DNA of 64,000 nucleotides from Patescibacteria group bacterium (GTDB lineage Bacteria; Patescibacteriota; WWE3; UBA101185; UBA10185), in contig JAUMAA010000004.1 in assembly GCA_032117075.1 (NCBI GenBank), forward strand, positions 2,629 to 66,628, written 5' to 3'. Positions within the stretch are counted from its first letter, which is position 1. The number at the start of each line of letters is the position of its first letter. Shown here piece after piece: positions 56,041 through 64,000 of the stretch. Below the pieces are notes generated by a model that was not told the origin of the DNA, did not search any database, and saw only the letters and a program-made list of their open reading frames with translations. The translations under genes and the position numbers were made by a program.

Positions 56041-57430
56041 AATAGTAGCAACAATTGGGCCATCAAGTGAGTCTCCTGAAATGATGCAAAAACTCATGTC
56101 GTTAGGTGTAAATGTTTTTAGATTTAACATGAAACACGGGGATGTTGAGTGGCATAAAAAATTTATTAAACAGGCCAGAGAAGTAGCTACAAATAATAAT
56201 TATGATTTAGGAGTTCTAATTGACTTACAAGGTCCTGAGGTGAGAATTAAGACATTTAACCAAAAAGTTTTAAGTATAAAAAAAGGAGATTTAATCAAAT
56301 TTACTTCTAATTTCGACTTATTAAATGACAACGAAACAATAATTTACACATCTTCAAAAAATATTGTCTCTTCTCTTGAAAAAGGAGATAGATTAGTTAT
56401 TGATGATGGTGCCCTATTTTTAGAAGTTCAGGAAAAAGGTAATGAGTTTGTCATGCTTGTATCCGAATCAGAAAGCCCTTTAAAAAATAATAAATCCATG
56501 AATTTAATTGGTAAAGATATTGATTTACCTTCCCTTACTGATGAAGATAGATTAAGACTTACTGTTGCCCAAGAGGAGAAAGTAGACTTTATTGCTTTAT
56601 CTTTTGTCAGAGAAAAAAAAGATTTAGATACTTTAAAAGAGGAGATGAAATTAAAAAACATAGAGGCTAAGATTGTATCTAAGATTGAAAGTCAAAAAGG
56701 AATTAACAATATTGATGACATTATAGAATACTCTTATGCCATTATGGTAGCAAGGGGAGATCTAGGTATTGAAACACCAATTGAAGGGATTACTTATATT
56801 CAAAAAATTCTAGTTAAAAAATGTAGAATGAAATCAAAACCAGTAATTGTTGCAACTCAAATGCTTGAATCAATGATTACTTCAAAGTTTCCGACTAGAG
56901 CTGAGGCTGCGGATGTTTCAAATGCAGTATTTGATCATACTGATGCTGTGATGCTTTCAGGTGAGACTGCTTATGGAGCTAACCCTGCTGAAGTAGTTGA
57001 GGTAATGTCCAGAATCTGTTCATTTAATGAAACTGTAAGAAGCGATGCCCAGGTAATTCATGTAACTAGGGATAACACATCCTATATTGCAGAAGCTGGA
57101 TTTAATATTTCTAAAGACCATAATGTTAATAAGATTATTGCTTTAACTGAAACAGGTTATACTGTTAGAGTATTGTCAGCATTAAGGCCAAAAGCCGATA
57201 TAATAGCAGTTTCTGATGTACAGGATACAGTTAACCTTTTGACACTCTCAGGAGGTGTAAAGCCATTTAAAACACAATATGCTATTTCAGATCTAAGTTC
57301 TTATCAAAAGATTATTGATGAGTTGAAAAATGCAAAACTTGTTGAATCTGGTGAGACAGTAGTAGCTATTCATGGTCAGAAATTTGGACAAGCTGGTGGT
57401 ACAAATTCTTTAATTATTTTAACTATTTAA
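56015..57430 (+). CDS. pyk: Pyruvate kinase
   Basis: 471-aa ORF with KRTKIVATIGPSS, the MVARGDLGIE motif and the K+/Mg2+-binding region. Overlaps the upstream gene by 26 nt. Confidence 0.9.
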   Translation: MNILQKRTKIVATIGPSSESPEMMQKLMSLGVNVFRFNMKHGDVEWHKKFIKQAREVATNNNYDLGVLIDLQGPEVRIKTFNQKVLSIKKGDLIKFTSNFDLLNDNETIIYTSSKNIVSSLEKGDRLVIDDGALFLEVQEKGNEFVMLVSESESPLKNNKSMNLIGKDIDLPSLTDEDRLRLTVAQEEKVDFIALSFVREKKDLDTLKEEMKLKNIEAKIVSKIESQKGINNIDDIIEYSYAIMVARGDLGIETPIEGITYIQKILVKKCRMKSKPVIVATQMLESMITSKFPTRAEAADVSNAVFDHTDAVMLSGETAYGANPAEVVEVMSRICSFNETVRSDAQVIHVTRDNTSYIAEAGFNISKDHNVNKIIALTETGYTVRVLSALRPKADIIAVSDVQDTVNLLTLSGGVKPFKTQYAISDLSSYQKIIDELKNAKLVESGETVVAIHGQKFGQAGGTNSLIILTI

Positions 57431-57446
57431 GAAAGGACAGTAAATA

Positions 57447-58193
57447 ATGAATGATGAAACAAAAAAATTAAGAAATTTAATAGGTTTATTAGTATTGGTA
57501 GTGATTGTAATGTCTTACTATGTGGGATACTTTTCGAGTAAATTAGGTTTTGATGCTCCTTTTATACCAAACTCAGGTAGTAAAACAGCAGCAAATGTTG
57601 CAGCTCCTGCACAAGCTCCGGAAGAGGAGTTTAAACAGGTAGAAGAAGTTTCATTTTTAGAGTTAAAGGGTAATGAGGTTGCTAAAGGAAACTTAAATTC
57701 AAATATAGTTTTAGTTGAATTTACTGATCTTCAGTGTCCTTTCTGTGCGAGATTTCACCCAACAGTAGAAAAAGCAGTTCAAAAAAATAATGTTAAATTG
57801 GTAACAAAGCATTTCCCTCTTTCATTTCATGAATATGCTAAGGATTATTCAATTATGTTTGAGTGTTTAGCTAAAAATAATGGAGCAAATCAAGCTTATG
57901 ACTTTGTTAATAAATTATTTGAAGTAAATATTCAAAAAAGGGGTGTTGTTACTCTTGAAGATGGTTTAAACGAGGCTAAGAAATTAGGTTTATCAGACTC
58001 TACATTTAATAGTTGTAAATCTGATTCTTCTATAACAGGAAAGATTCAAGAAAATTTTGATGAAGGTATTAAAATTGGTATTAACGGAACACCTGCTATG
58101 TATATCTTAAACACTACTTCTAAAAAAGCTGTTAGATTGAATGGATTAGTTGAAGAAAATGTATTACAAGCAGAAATTGAAAAGCTTAAGTAA
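57447..58193 (+). CDS. DsbA-like thioredoxin-fold thiol:disulfide oxidoreductase, membrane-anchored
   Basis: 248-aa ORF with an N-terminal TM and a CPFC active site (FTDLQCPFCARFHP). Confidence 0.7.
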   Translation: MNDETKKLRNLIGLLVLVVIVMSYYVGYFSSKLGFDAPFIPNSGSKTAANVAAPAQAPEEEFKQVEEVSFLELKGNEVAKGNLNSNIVLVEFTDLQCPFCARFHPTVEKAVQKNNVKLVTKHFPLSFHEYAKDYSIMFECLAKNNGANQAYDFVNKLFEVNIQKRGVVTLEDGLNEAKKLGLSDSTFNSCKSDSSITGKIQENFDEGIKIGINGTPAMYILNTTSKKAVRLNGLVEENVLQAEIEKLK

Positions 58194-58207
58194 ATTGGAG
58201 GAATTAA

Positions 58208-58903
58208 TTGAAGGGTAAACTTTTTTTAGTCTCAACTCCAATAGGTAATATGGAAGACATTTCAGCAAGGGCCTTAAAGACCCTTGCTGATGTTGATTAT
58301 ATTCTCTCAGAAGATACAAGAGAGACATCTAAACTTTTAAATTATTTTAAAATTGAAAAACCACAGATATCTTATAGGGATCAAAATCATGACCGTGTAT
58401 TAAGTCAAATCAAGGATTTAATAGAGAATGGTTTGAATATAGCTTTAGTTTCCGATAGAGGAACCCCGCTTATCTCCGATCCGGGTTATAAATTAGTCAG
58501 GGATTTAATAAAGGAAGGTGTAAAGATTGAGTCAATCCCAGGACCATCAAGTGTGATTGATGCTTTAGTTCTTTCAGGTCTTCCAACTGATAAATTTATA
58601 TTTTTAGGGTTTTTACCCAAGGGTAAAGCTCAAGTAGCTAAATTACTTGAAAAATTTGGAGAAATGCCTGCTACTTTGATAATTTTTGAAAGTCCTTATA
58701 GGTTAGAAAGTTTATTAGAAACTGCTTCCGAAGTATTAGGTTCAAGAGATGTAGCTGTTTGTAAAGAATTAACTAAAATGCATGAGGAAATTTACAGATT
58801 CTATCTTCCTCAATGGAGAATGCAAAAATTTGATTTAAGAGGGGAATTTGTTGTAGTTATTTCAAAAAAAGATAAGGGAGATGATTTTATACTGTATGAA
58901 TGA
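58208..58903 (+). CDS. rsmI: 16S rRNA (cytidine1402-2'-O)-methyltransferase RsmI (tetrapyrrole methylase fold)
   Basis: 231-aa ORF with GKLFLVSTPIGNMEDIS ... DYILSEDTRETSKLL, the RsmI N-terminal signature. Confidence 0.85.
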   Translation: MKGKLFLVSTPIGNMEDISARALKTLADVDYILSEDTRETSKLLNYFKIEKPQISYRDQNHDRVLSQIKDLIENGLNIALVSDRGTPLISDPGYKLVRDLIKEGVKIESIPGPSSVIDALVLSGLPTDKFIFLGFLPKGKAQVAKLLEKFGEMPATLIIFESPYRLESLLETASEVLGSRDVAVCKELTKMHEEIYRFYLPQWRMQKFDLRGEFVVVISKKDKGDDFILYE

Positions 58904-60926
58904 TGAAATTTTAATTTACGAAAATAAAAAAGCGATTGAATGCCAGTCAAAAGTAGGAAAAGAGAAAGAAAGACTTTCGAAAAATTTTTCTAAAATTGAA
59001 AAGGATAGTCAAGAGCTACTTGCAACAATCAGAGATCAGGGTTTGTCTTATACCGACATGATGGATACTTTAAGGTCAGTTCAGCAACAGTATGACTCCC
59101 TGGATATTAAATACTTTTCTGAAAAAATGAATGAGTTTAATTACCTTATGAAGAATCCTTTTTTCGCAAGAATTGATCTTAAGCAACATGGAAAGGAAGT
59201 TATAGAAGATTTCTATATTTCAAAATTCGGTTTCTTTGAAGAAGGGAAGCCAATTTTGATTGATTGGAGAACAAAATTGGCTTCTATCTACTATAAAAAT
59301 AGATTTCCTATGAAAAACATTTCCTATGAAATTGACGGTGAGGTCTTTACATTTGATATGAGTTTAAAAAGAACATTTGAATTTGATGAAGGTAAGGTAA
59401 TTAAATATTTTAACAATGATATAGGTGTCTCAGAAACTGAAATAGTTGTGGACAAGATTAAAAATAGAACTGGTGGTGTTTTAGAGGATATTATTGAGAC
59501 TATTCAGGAATCACAAATTGATATTATTGAAGCTGATCCGAGAAGTGTTTGTATAGTTCAGGGGTGTGTTGGTTCTGGTAAATCCACTGTGGCAATTCAT
59601 AAGCTATCCCACATTTTTTTTAATTTTCCTGAGATTATCAAACCTGAAAACTCAATCCTCATCTCAAAGAGCAGAGTATTAGTAGATTATCTATCAAGTT
59701 TATTTCCAAGATTAGGTATATTCGATCTTAAATATAAAACAGTTAGGGATTTAATGTTTAAGTTATTAACTGAAAATACCCCAAAAGTTAAATTTAATCT
59801 TGATCTTAATAAGGATATTTCAGAATTACATTTAGATTTTTTCCAAACTTTAAATCAGAATATTCTTGTGATTAAAGAAAATGCCTTTAATGAAATCTCA
59901 GAATTAGTAAATTCAAAAATGTCATCAGATACTTCTTATTATAAATTTAATCATAATTTTTCAATTAAAAAACAGATAGATGAGATAATTTTAGATTTAG
60001 ATGATGCCGTAAAGTATTTGAAAGATGATATTAAAGAGTTAAAAGGTAATGACTTTGAAATTGAAAAGAAAAGATTAGCTTTACTCAGAATTCAAAATCT
60101 AAGAAAAGAGATTAAATCAATAGAAAATAATCTTTTAACTAGGGCATTTAAAGAGTTACTCAAAAGATATTCAATACCAAATGTTTTGGGATATAAGGAT
60201 GCTTTAATTTTTCTGTTTATATTTACTGAATTATATGGAATCAAAGAGGATGATATGTATGATTATTCTGTTATTGATGAAGCACAGGATTTATCTGTAC
60301 TTGAATTGGCAATTATTTCAAAATTTGTTTTCAACAATAGGTTTTGCATAATTGGTGACCTAAATCAAAATATTCATAACAACCCGTTATCGTCTTGGGA
60401 AGAAATTTATCCTATATTTAAAGGTAATAAAATTAATACTTTCCAACTAGATACTAATTACAGGTCAACTAGAAATATAATTGATTTTGCAAATAAGATT
60501 CTATTACCATTTACACAAACATACTTACCGAAATCGATTGAAAAGTTTGGTCCAGAAGTAATTGAAATTAAAATTGAAAGTGATAAAAGACTTGAAAGAT
60601 TTGCTGAAATGATAGCTGAGGACTACCAAAACTTAACTAAAAGTGTGGGAGTTATCTTTTATAATTTTGAACATGCAAGCGATTTTATTTTAAAGATAAG
60701 GGAAATTTGTACTGATACTGAAAAGTTTTCAATTCTTAGTGAGCAAGATAAGACAATTTATGCACCTAGAGTCATATATGCTACAGATTTTAATCATTGT
60801 AAGGGGTTAGAGTTTAGTAAAGTTTATCTCTTTGGATTTGAAAAGCAAGATAGAAATTTCGAAGAAGCTAAAAAATACTTCGTAGCTACTACAAGAGCTA
60901 TGAACGAGTTAGTAATATTTAATTAA
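58881..60926 (+). CDS. helD: UvrD-family SF1 helicase, HelD (helicase IV)-like
   Basis: 681-aa ORF. The N-terminal domain has the HelD-typical IDWRTKLASIYY (compare IDWRAPIASLFY). It has Walker A GCVGSGKST, motif II VIDEAQD, YRST and a C-terminal UvrD_C-like region. Confidence 0.6.
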   Translation: MILYCMNDEILIYENKKAIECQSKVGKEKERLSKNFSKIEKDSQELLATIRDQGLSYTDMMDTLRSVQQQYDSLDIKYFSEKMNEFNYLMKNPFFARIDLKQHGKEVIEDFYISKFGFFEEGKPILIDWRTKLASIYYKNRFPMKNISYEIDGEVFTFDMSLKRTFEFDEGKVIKYFNNDIGVSETEIVVDKIKNRTGGVLEDIIETIQESQIDIIEADPRSVCIVQGCVGSGKSTVAIHKLSHIFFNFPEIIKPENSILISKSRVLVDYLSSLFPRLGIFDLKYKTVRDLMFKLLTENTPKVKFNLDLNKDISELHLDFFQTLNQNILVIKENAFNEISELVNSKMSSDTSYYKFNHNFSIKKQIDEIILDLDDAVKYLKDDIKELKGNDFEIEKKRLALLRIQNLRKEIKSIENNLLTRAFKELLKRYSIPNVLGYKDALIFLFIFTELYGIKEDDMYDYSVIDEAQDLSVLELAIISKFVFNNRFCIIGDLNQNIHNNPLSSWEEIYPIFKGNKINTFQLDTNYRSTRNIIDFANKILLPFTQTYLPKSIEKFGPEVIEIKIESDKRLERFAEMIAEDYQNLTKSVGVIFYNFEHASDFILKIREICTDTEKFSILSEQDKTIYAPRVIYATDFNHCKGLEFSKVYLFGFEKQDRNFEEAKKYFVATTRAMNELVIFN

Positions 60927-61336
60927 TAATTAACCACTATTACTGAATTTTCATTGATTATATTTTCTCTTATCAGAATAGTTTCTATTTTTTCGTTATT
61001 AATAGTAACTGAAATGTTTTTTGAATTATAAATTGATTCAATTTTATGTCCGTCTCTAATTATTCTAATTTCAATATTTTTTTCGAAAAAACCATCTAAT
61101 ATTTGGGTAAGTGATTTTTTCTCATTAAACTTAATAGTTTTTTGTGAATTATTGAAGATTATTGTGTAACTGTATTCAACAACTTCTTTTGGTTTTTCAT
61201 AATTTTTTGCAGGGATAATTTTTTGAAAGTCCAGACCTGCTCTGAAAATTCCAAAAACAATAATATAAACAATTAAAACTGCAATTATTTTGAATATGTC
61301 TTTATTTTTATCTTCTTTAAGTAGATTTTTAATCAT
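60923..61336 (-). CDS. Hypothetical membrane-anchored protein
   Basis: 137-aa ORF with an N-terminal TM then a beta-rich domain. Divergent (31-nt spacer) from the HlyD-family gene. Confidence 0.3.
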   Translation of the reverse strand: MIKNLLKEDKNKDIFKIIAVLIVYIIVFGIFRAGLDFQKIIPAKNYEKPKEVVEYSYTIIFNNSQKTIKFNEKKSLTQILDGFFEKNIEIRIIRDGHKIESIYNSKNISVTINNEKIETILIRENIINENSVIVVNY

Positions 61337-61367
61337 ATATTTAATCCTTTTATGTTAAAATATTCTT

Positions 61368-62405
61368 ATGAAATTAAGAAACTTAATTTTAATAATTATA
61401 GCAGTTATTGTTACATCTTTTATAATATATAGACAATTTCAAACCCCATCAGTTAAAGTTAAAAAAATTCAAGTTAGAAATGGAGAAATTATTAGGTCAG
61501 TTAGTGCTAGTGGTTTTGTAAAATCCAATTTAGAGACCGAGATAGCATTTCCAATTTCAGGTAAGATCAACAAAATTTACTTTGAGGAAGGTCATTCCGT
61601 AGCTCAGGGCTCTCTAATTGCTAAATTAAGTAATGATGAACTCTACTACTCAGCGGAAGCTGCTAGAAAAGATAAAGATGCTACTCAAAGAACAAGAGAC
61701 ATCTACAAAGAAAATTACGAATTTGCAACAAATGAAGTTGGTGGGAAGTCTGAATATGATTTGAATGTAAGAAAACTTACAGATCAACTTAGATCTGCTG
61801 ATAATTCATATAAGGCAACTTTATCAAATCTTAACAAATCATATTTATATTCTCCAATGAACGGAACAATAGTTTACTCTAGTTTGAAAGAAGGTAAAGT
61901 TGGTGGTTCTACTACAATTGTAAAAATTGCCGATTTATCAAAGTTAGAATTTCAAGCAGATCTTGATCAAGAAGATTTCAAATTAGTTAAACCTGGTCAA
62001 ATAACTGAAATTATTTTGGATGCTTACCCTGATCAAAAATTTTTAGGTAAAGTTGTAACTATACCATCCTATGTCGATGAAGAGTCCGTTACCAAGACAT
62101 TTAAGCTTAAAATAGCTTTGGATTCTCAGGATAACAAGGTGGTAAAAGGGATGACTGGTGATGTAAATATTATTACTGATAAATCTCTTGCTAAAAGATT
62201 CCTTCCTTTTGATGCAGTATTCTCTGAAGAAGAAAAAAAATATGTATGGACTGAGGGTAATGATGGTAAATTGACTAAGGTTTTTATTGAAATTGGACTT
62301 GAAGGGGACACCTTTACTGAAGTAAAATCTGAACTTCCTGAGTTTGTAGTAATACCAGACTCATCAGCTAAAACTGTAAAGGAAGGTTACCTGGTAACCT
62401 ATTAA
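61368..62405 (+). CDS. HlyD/MacA-family periplasmic adaptor (membrane fusion protein)
   Basis: 345-aa ORF with an N-terminal TM, a biotinyl/lipoyl-like hairpin (GFVKSNLETEIAFPISGKINKIYFEEGHSVAQGSLIAKL), a coiled-coil and a beta-barrel region. Confidence 0.6.
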   Translation: MKLRNLILIIIAVIVTSFIIYRQFQTPSVKVKKIQVRNGEIIRSVSASGFVKSNLETEIAFPISGKINKIYFEEGHSVAQGSLIAKLSNDELYYSAEAARKDKDATQRTRDIYKENYEFATNEVGGKSEYDLNVRKLTDQLRSADNSYKATLSNLNKSYLYSPMNGTIVYSSLKEGKVGGSTTIVKIADLSKLEFQADLDQEDFKLVKPGQITEIILDAYPDQKFLGKVVTIPSYVDEESVTKTFKLKIALDSQDNKVVKGMTGDVNIITDKSLAKRFLPFDAVFSEEEKKYVWTEGNDGKLTKVFIEIGLEGDTFTEVKSELPEFVVIPDSSAKTVKEGYLVTY

Positions 62406-62410
62406 TTTAA

Positions 62411-63100
62411 ATGAGATCTCCTATTCTCTCCATTAAAAATGTCTACAAAACATATTCTGTAGGTGATCAAAAAATCAATGCTTTAAATGGTGTTTCTCTC
62501 GAAATTTTTCAAGGAGACTTTGTTGCTATTGTCGGTAAATCAGGAAGTGGAAAATCTACACTCATGCATATTATCGGTCTTCTAGATACACCGACATCAG
62601 GGGATGTTGTAATAAATGGTACAAATGTCTCCAAAATGGATGAATCCTCTTTGGCTAAAATAAGAAACAAAGAAATTGGTTTTGTTTTTCAATCATTCAA
62701 TCTTTTATCAAGAGCAACTGCCTTAGAAAATGTTATGCTTCCTCTTCAATACTCTGATATACCAAAAGAAGAGTGGGAAGATAAGTCACTAAAAATGCTT
62801 TCAATGGTTGATTTACAAGAAAGGGTTTCAAATAAATCCAATGAATTATCTGGGGGTCAAAAGCAAAGAGTAGCTATTGCTAGAGCTTTAGTTACAGATC
62901 CAACTATTGTTTTAGCAGATGAACCGACTGGAAATCTTGACTCTAGGACAGGAAAGGAAATAGTGAAAAAATTCATTGAATTAAATGAATCTGGTAGAAC
63001 AATTGTTTTGGTTACTCATGATAACGATTTGGCCAAAATAGCTAAAAAGGTATTTGTACTAAGTGACGGGGAGATTGTTAAACAAAATCATGATTTTTGA
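62411..63100 (+). CDS. ABC transporter ATP-binding protein (MacB/LolD/FtsE-type)
   Basis: 229-aa ORF with Walker A GKSGSGKST, signature LSGGQKQRVAIARAL and Walker B LADEPTGNLD. Confidence 0.9.
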   Translation: MRSPILSIKNVYKTYSVGDQKINALNGVSLEIFQGDFVAIVGKSGSGKSTLMHIIGLLDTPTSGDVVINGTNVSKMDESSLAKIRNKEIGFVFQSFNLLSRATALENVMLPLQYSDIPKEEWEDKSLKMLSMVDLQERVSNKSNELSGGQKQRVAIARALVTDPTIVLADEPTGNLDSRTGKEIVKKFIELNESGRTIVLVTHDNDLAKIAKKVFVLSDGEIVKQNHDF

Positions 63101-64000
63101 TTTAGTAAAAACATCTTTTAGATCGTTACTGTCAAATAAGACAAGAACTTTTTTGACAATGCTTGGAATAATTATTGGTGTGTTTGCGGTAATATCTTTA
63201 ATTTCTATCGGTCAAGGAATTCAAAATTATGTAACTGGGCAATTTGGTAAATTAGGTTCAGATCTAATTTTTGTCACCCCAGGTAAACTAAATTTAAGAG
63301 GGGATCCTGGTGCAAATTTTTTAGCTAATAAATTAGATGAAAAACATTATAAATTAATTGAAAATTATGCTTCTGATTATGTAAAAGAGGTAACTCCTCT
63401 TATGGAAATTGGAAAAACTATTTCTTATAAAAATAAAACTTACTATACTGAGGTTCAGGCAACAAATGAAAAAGGAGTAACTACTTATAGAATTGAATTG
63501 GACAAAGGGAGATATTTTTCTAGATCAGAAGTTAATTCAGGAAGTAAAGTAGTTATGATGGGCTCAACATCCGCTACTGAATTATTTCCTAATCAAAATC
63601 CCATTGGCAAGAATATTAAGATTGATGATAAGACCTTTACGGTGATAGGAGTTGCTATGGAAAAGGGAAGTCAGCTAGATAGAAGAGTTTATATTCCTTA
63701 TACAACTGCTAAACACTTATTTAATATTAAGAATTTCTCTGCTTTAGTCATGATTTCTCAGTCAAGTGAAAATGTTGAATCTGCAATGAAAAGAGTCGAA
63801 CTTGCTTTGAGAAGAGATTTAGATGAAGATGAATTTACGGTTATTTCCCAAAAAGACTTATTATCCTCATTTCAAAGTATTCTTGGGACTATTACTATCG
63901 GAATTGGTGCTATCGCAGCTATATCACTTTTAGTGGGTGGTATCGGAATAATGAATATTATGCTGGTAACAGTTACTGAAAGGACTCAGGAAATTGGACT
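63090..64000 (+). CDS. ABC transporter permease, MacB/FtsX-like (partial, runs off window end)
   Basis: ATG at 63090 overlaps the ATPase stop. N-terminal TM (TFLTMLGIIIGVFAVISLISIG), then a MacB periplasmic-domain-like region, then a second TM at the window edge. Confidence 0.7.
   Translation, partial: MIFDLVKTSFRSLLSNKTRTFLTMLGIIIGVFAVISLISIGQGIQNYVTGQFGKLGSDLIFVTPGKLNLRGDPGANFLANKLDEKHYKLIENYASDYVKEVTPLMEIGKTISYKNKTYYTEVQATNEKGVTTYRIELDKGRYFSRSEVNSGSKVVMMGSTSATELFPNQNPIGKNIKIDDKTFTVIGVAMEKGSQLDRRVYIPYTTAKHLFNIKNFSALVMISQSSENVESAMKRVELALRRDLDEDEFTVISQKDLLSSFQSILGTITIGIGAIAAISLLVGGIGIMNIMLVTVTERTQEIG

Noticed and set aside
1-64000. CRISPR arrays, IS elements, integrases, prophage modules
   Set aside because: No spaced direct repeats were seen. 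No transposase (DDE/HTH), tyrosine or serine recombinase, or phage structural gene signatures were seen in any ORF.

Overview
This 64-kb window comes from a low-GC (roughly 30%), tightly packed bacterial chromosome that uses the standard genetic code (no in-frame UGA in the long ORFs). Intergenic spacers are very short and several start/stop codons overlap by 4 nt. The gene content (a minimal dcw cluster without mur ligases or ftsI, a class II ribonucleotide reductase, PolX, several GT-C membrane glycosyltransferases including one with TPR repeats, many small orphan membrane proteins and a giant orphan protein) fits a small-genome CPR/Patescibacteria-like organism, but that is inference only.

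Gene order is: lexA divergent from uvrB, then a hypothetical ORF, uvrA, a transglutaminase-like gene on the opposite strand, uvrC (no HhH2 domain), a hypothetical membrane ORF, a SecG-like gene, a MurA-fold gene lacking catalytic residues, mraY, ftsW, murG, ftsQ, ftsA, ftsZ, nrdJ with a strong terminator, ileS, rodA, a PilM-like/LytR_C gene, rplU, rpmA, lepB on the opposite strand, a Wzx flippase, an O-antigen-ligase-like gene, an Ig-like gene divergent from a 1339-aa orphan gene, a LysM gene, tRNA-Asp, two small membrane ORFs, polX, lemA, an htpX-like gene, gatC, gatA, a HEPN-like ORF, gatB, glf, a GT2 gene, a Klenow-like polA, a clpC-like gene, rplS, a GC-rich structured-RNA island (RNase P RNA candidate), two GT-C genes, tRNA-Lys and tRNA-Glu (minus strand), an orphan family-5 solute-binding protein, tRNA-His, a small ORF with terminator, a GT-C+TPR gene, pyk, a dsbA-like gene, rsmI, a helD-like helicase, and a MacAB-like HlyD/ABC/FtsX trio that is cut by the window end. 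I found no CRISPR array, IS element, integrase or obvious prophage.

Most notable observations:
- A MurA-fold protein at the head of the dcw cluster lacks the catalytic Cys/Arg/Asp residues.
- A HepT-like HEPN ORF is translationally coupled inside the gatCAB operon.
- A GC-rich island after rplS carries RNase P RNA-like motifs, and the ORF called there is probably spurious.
- A 1339-aa orphan protein sits divergent from an Ig-like membrane protein next to a tRNA.
- lexA, uvrB, uvrA and uvrC are consolidated in one locus, with an inserted hypothetical gene and a UvrC that lacks the C-terminal HhH2 domain.
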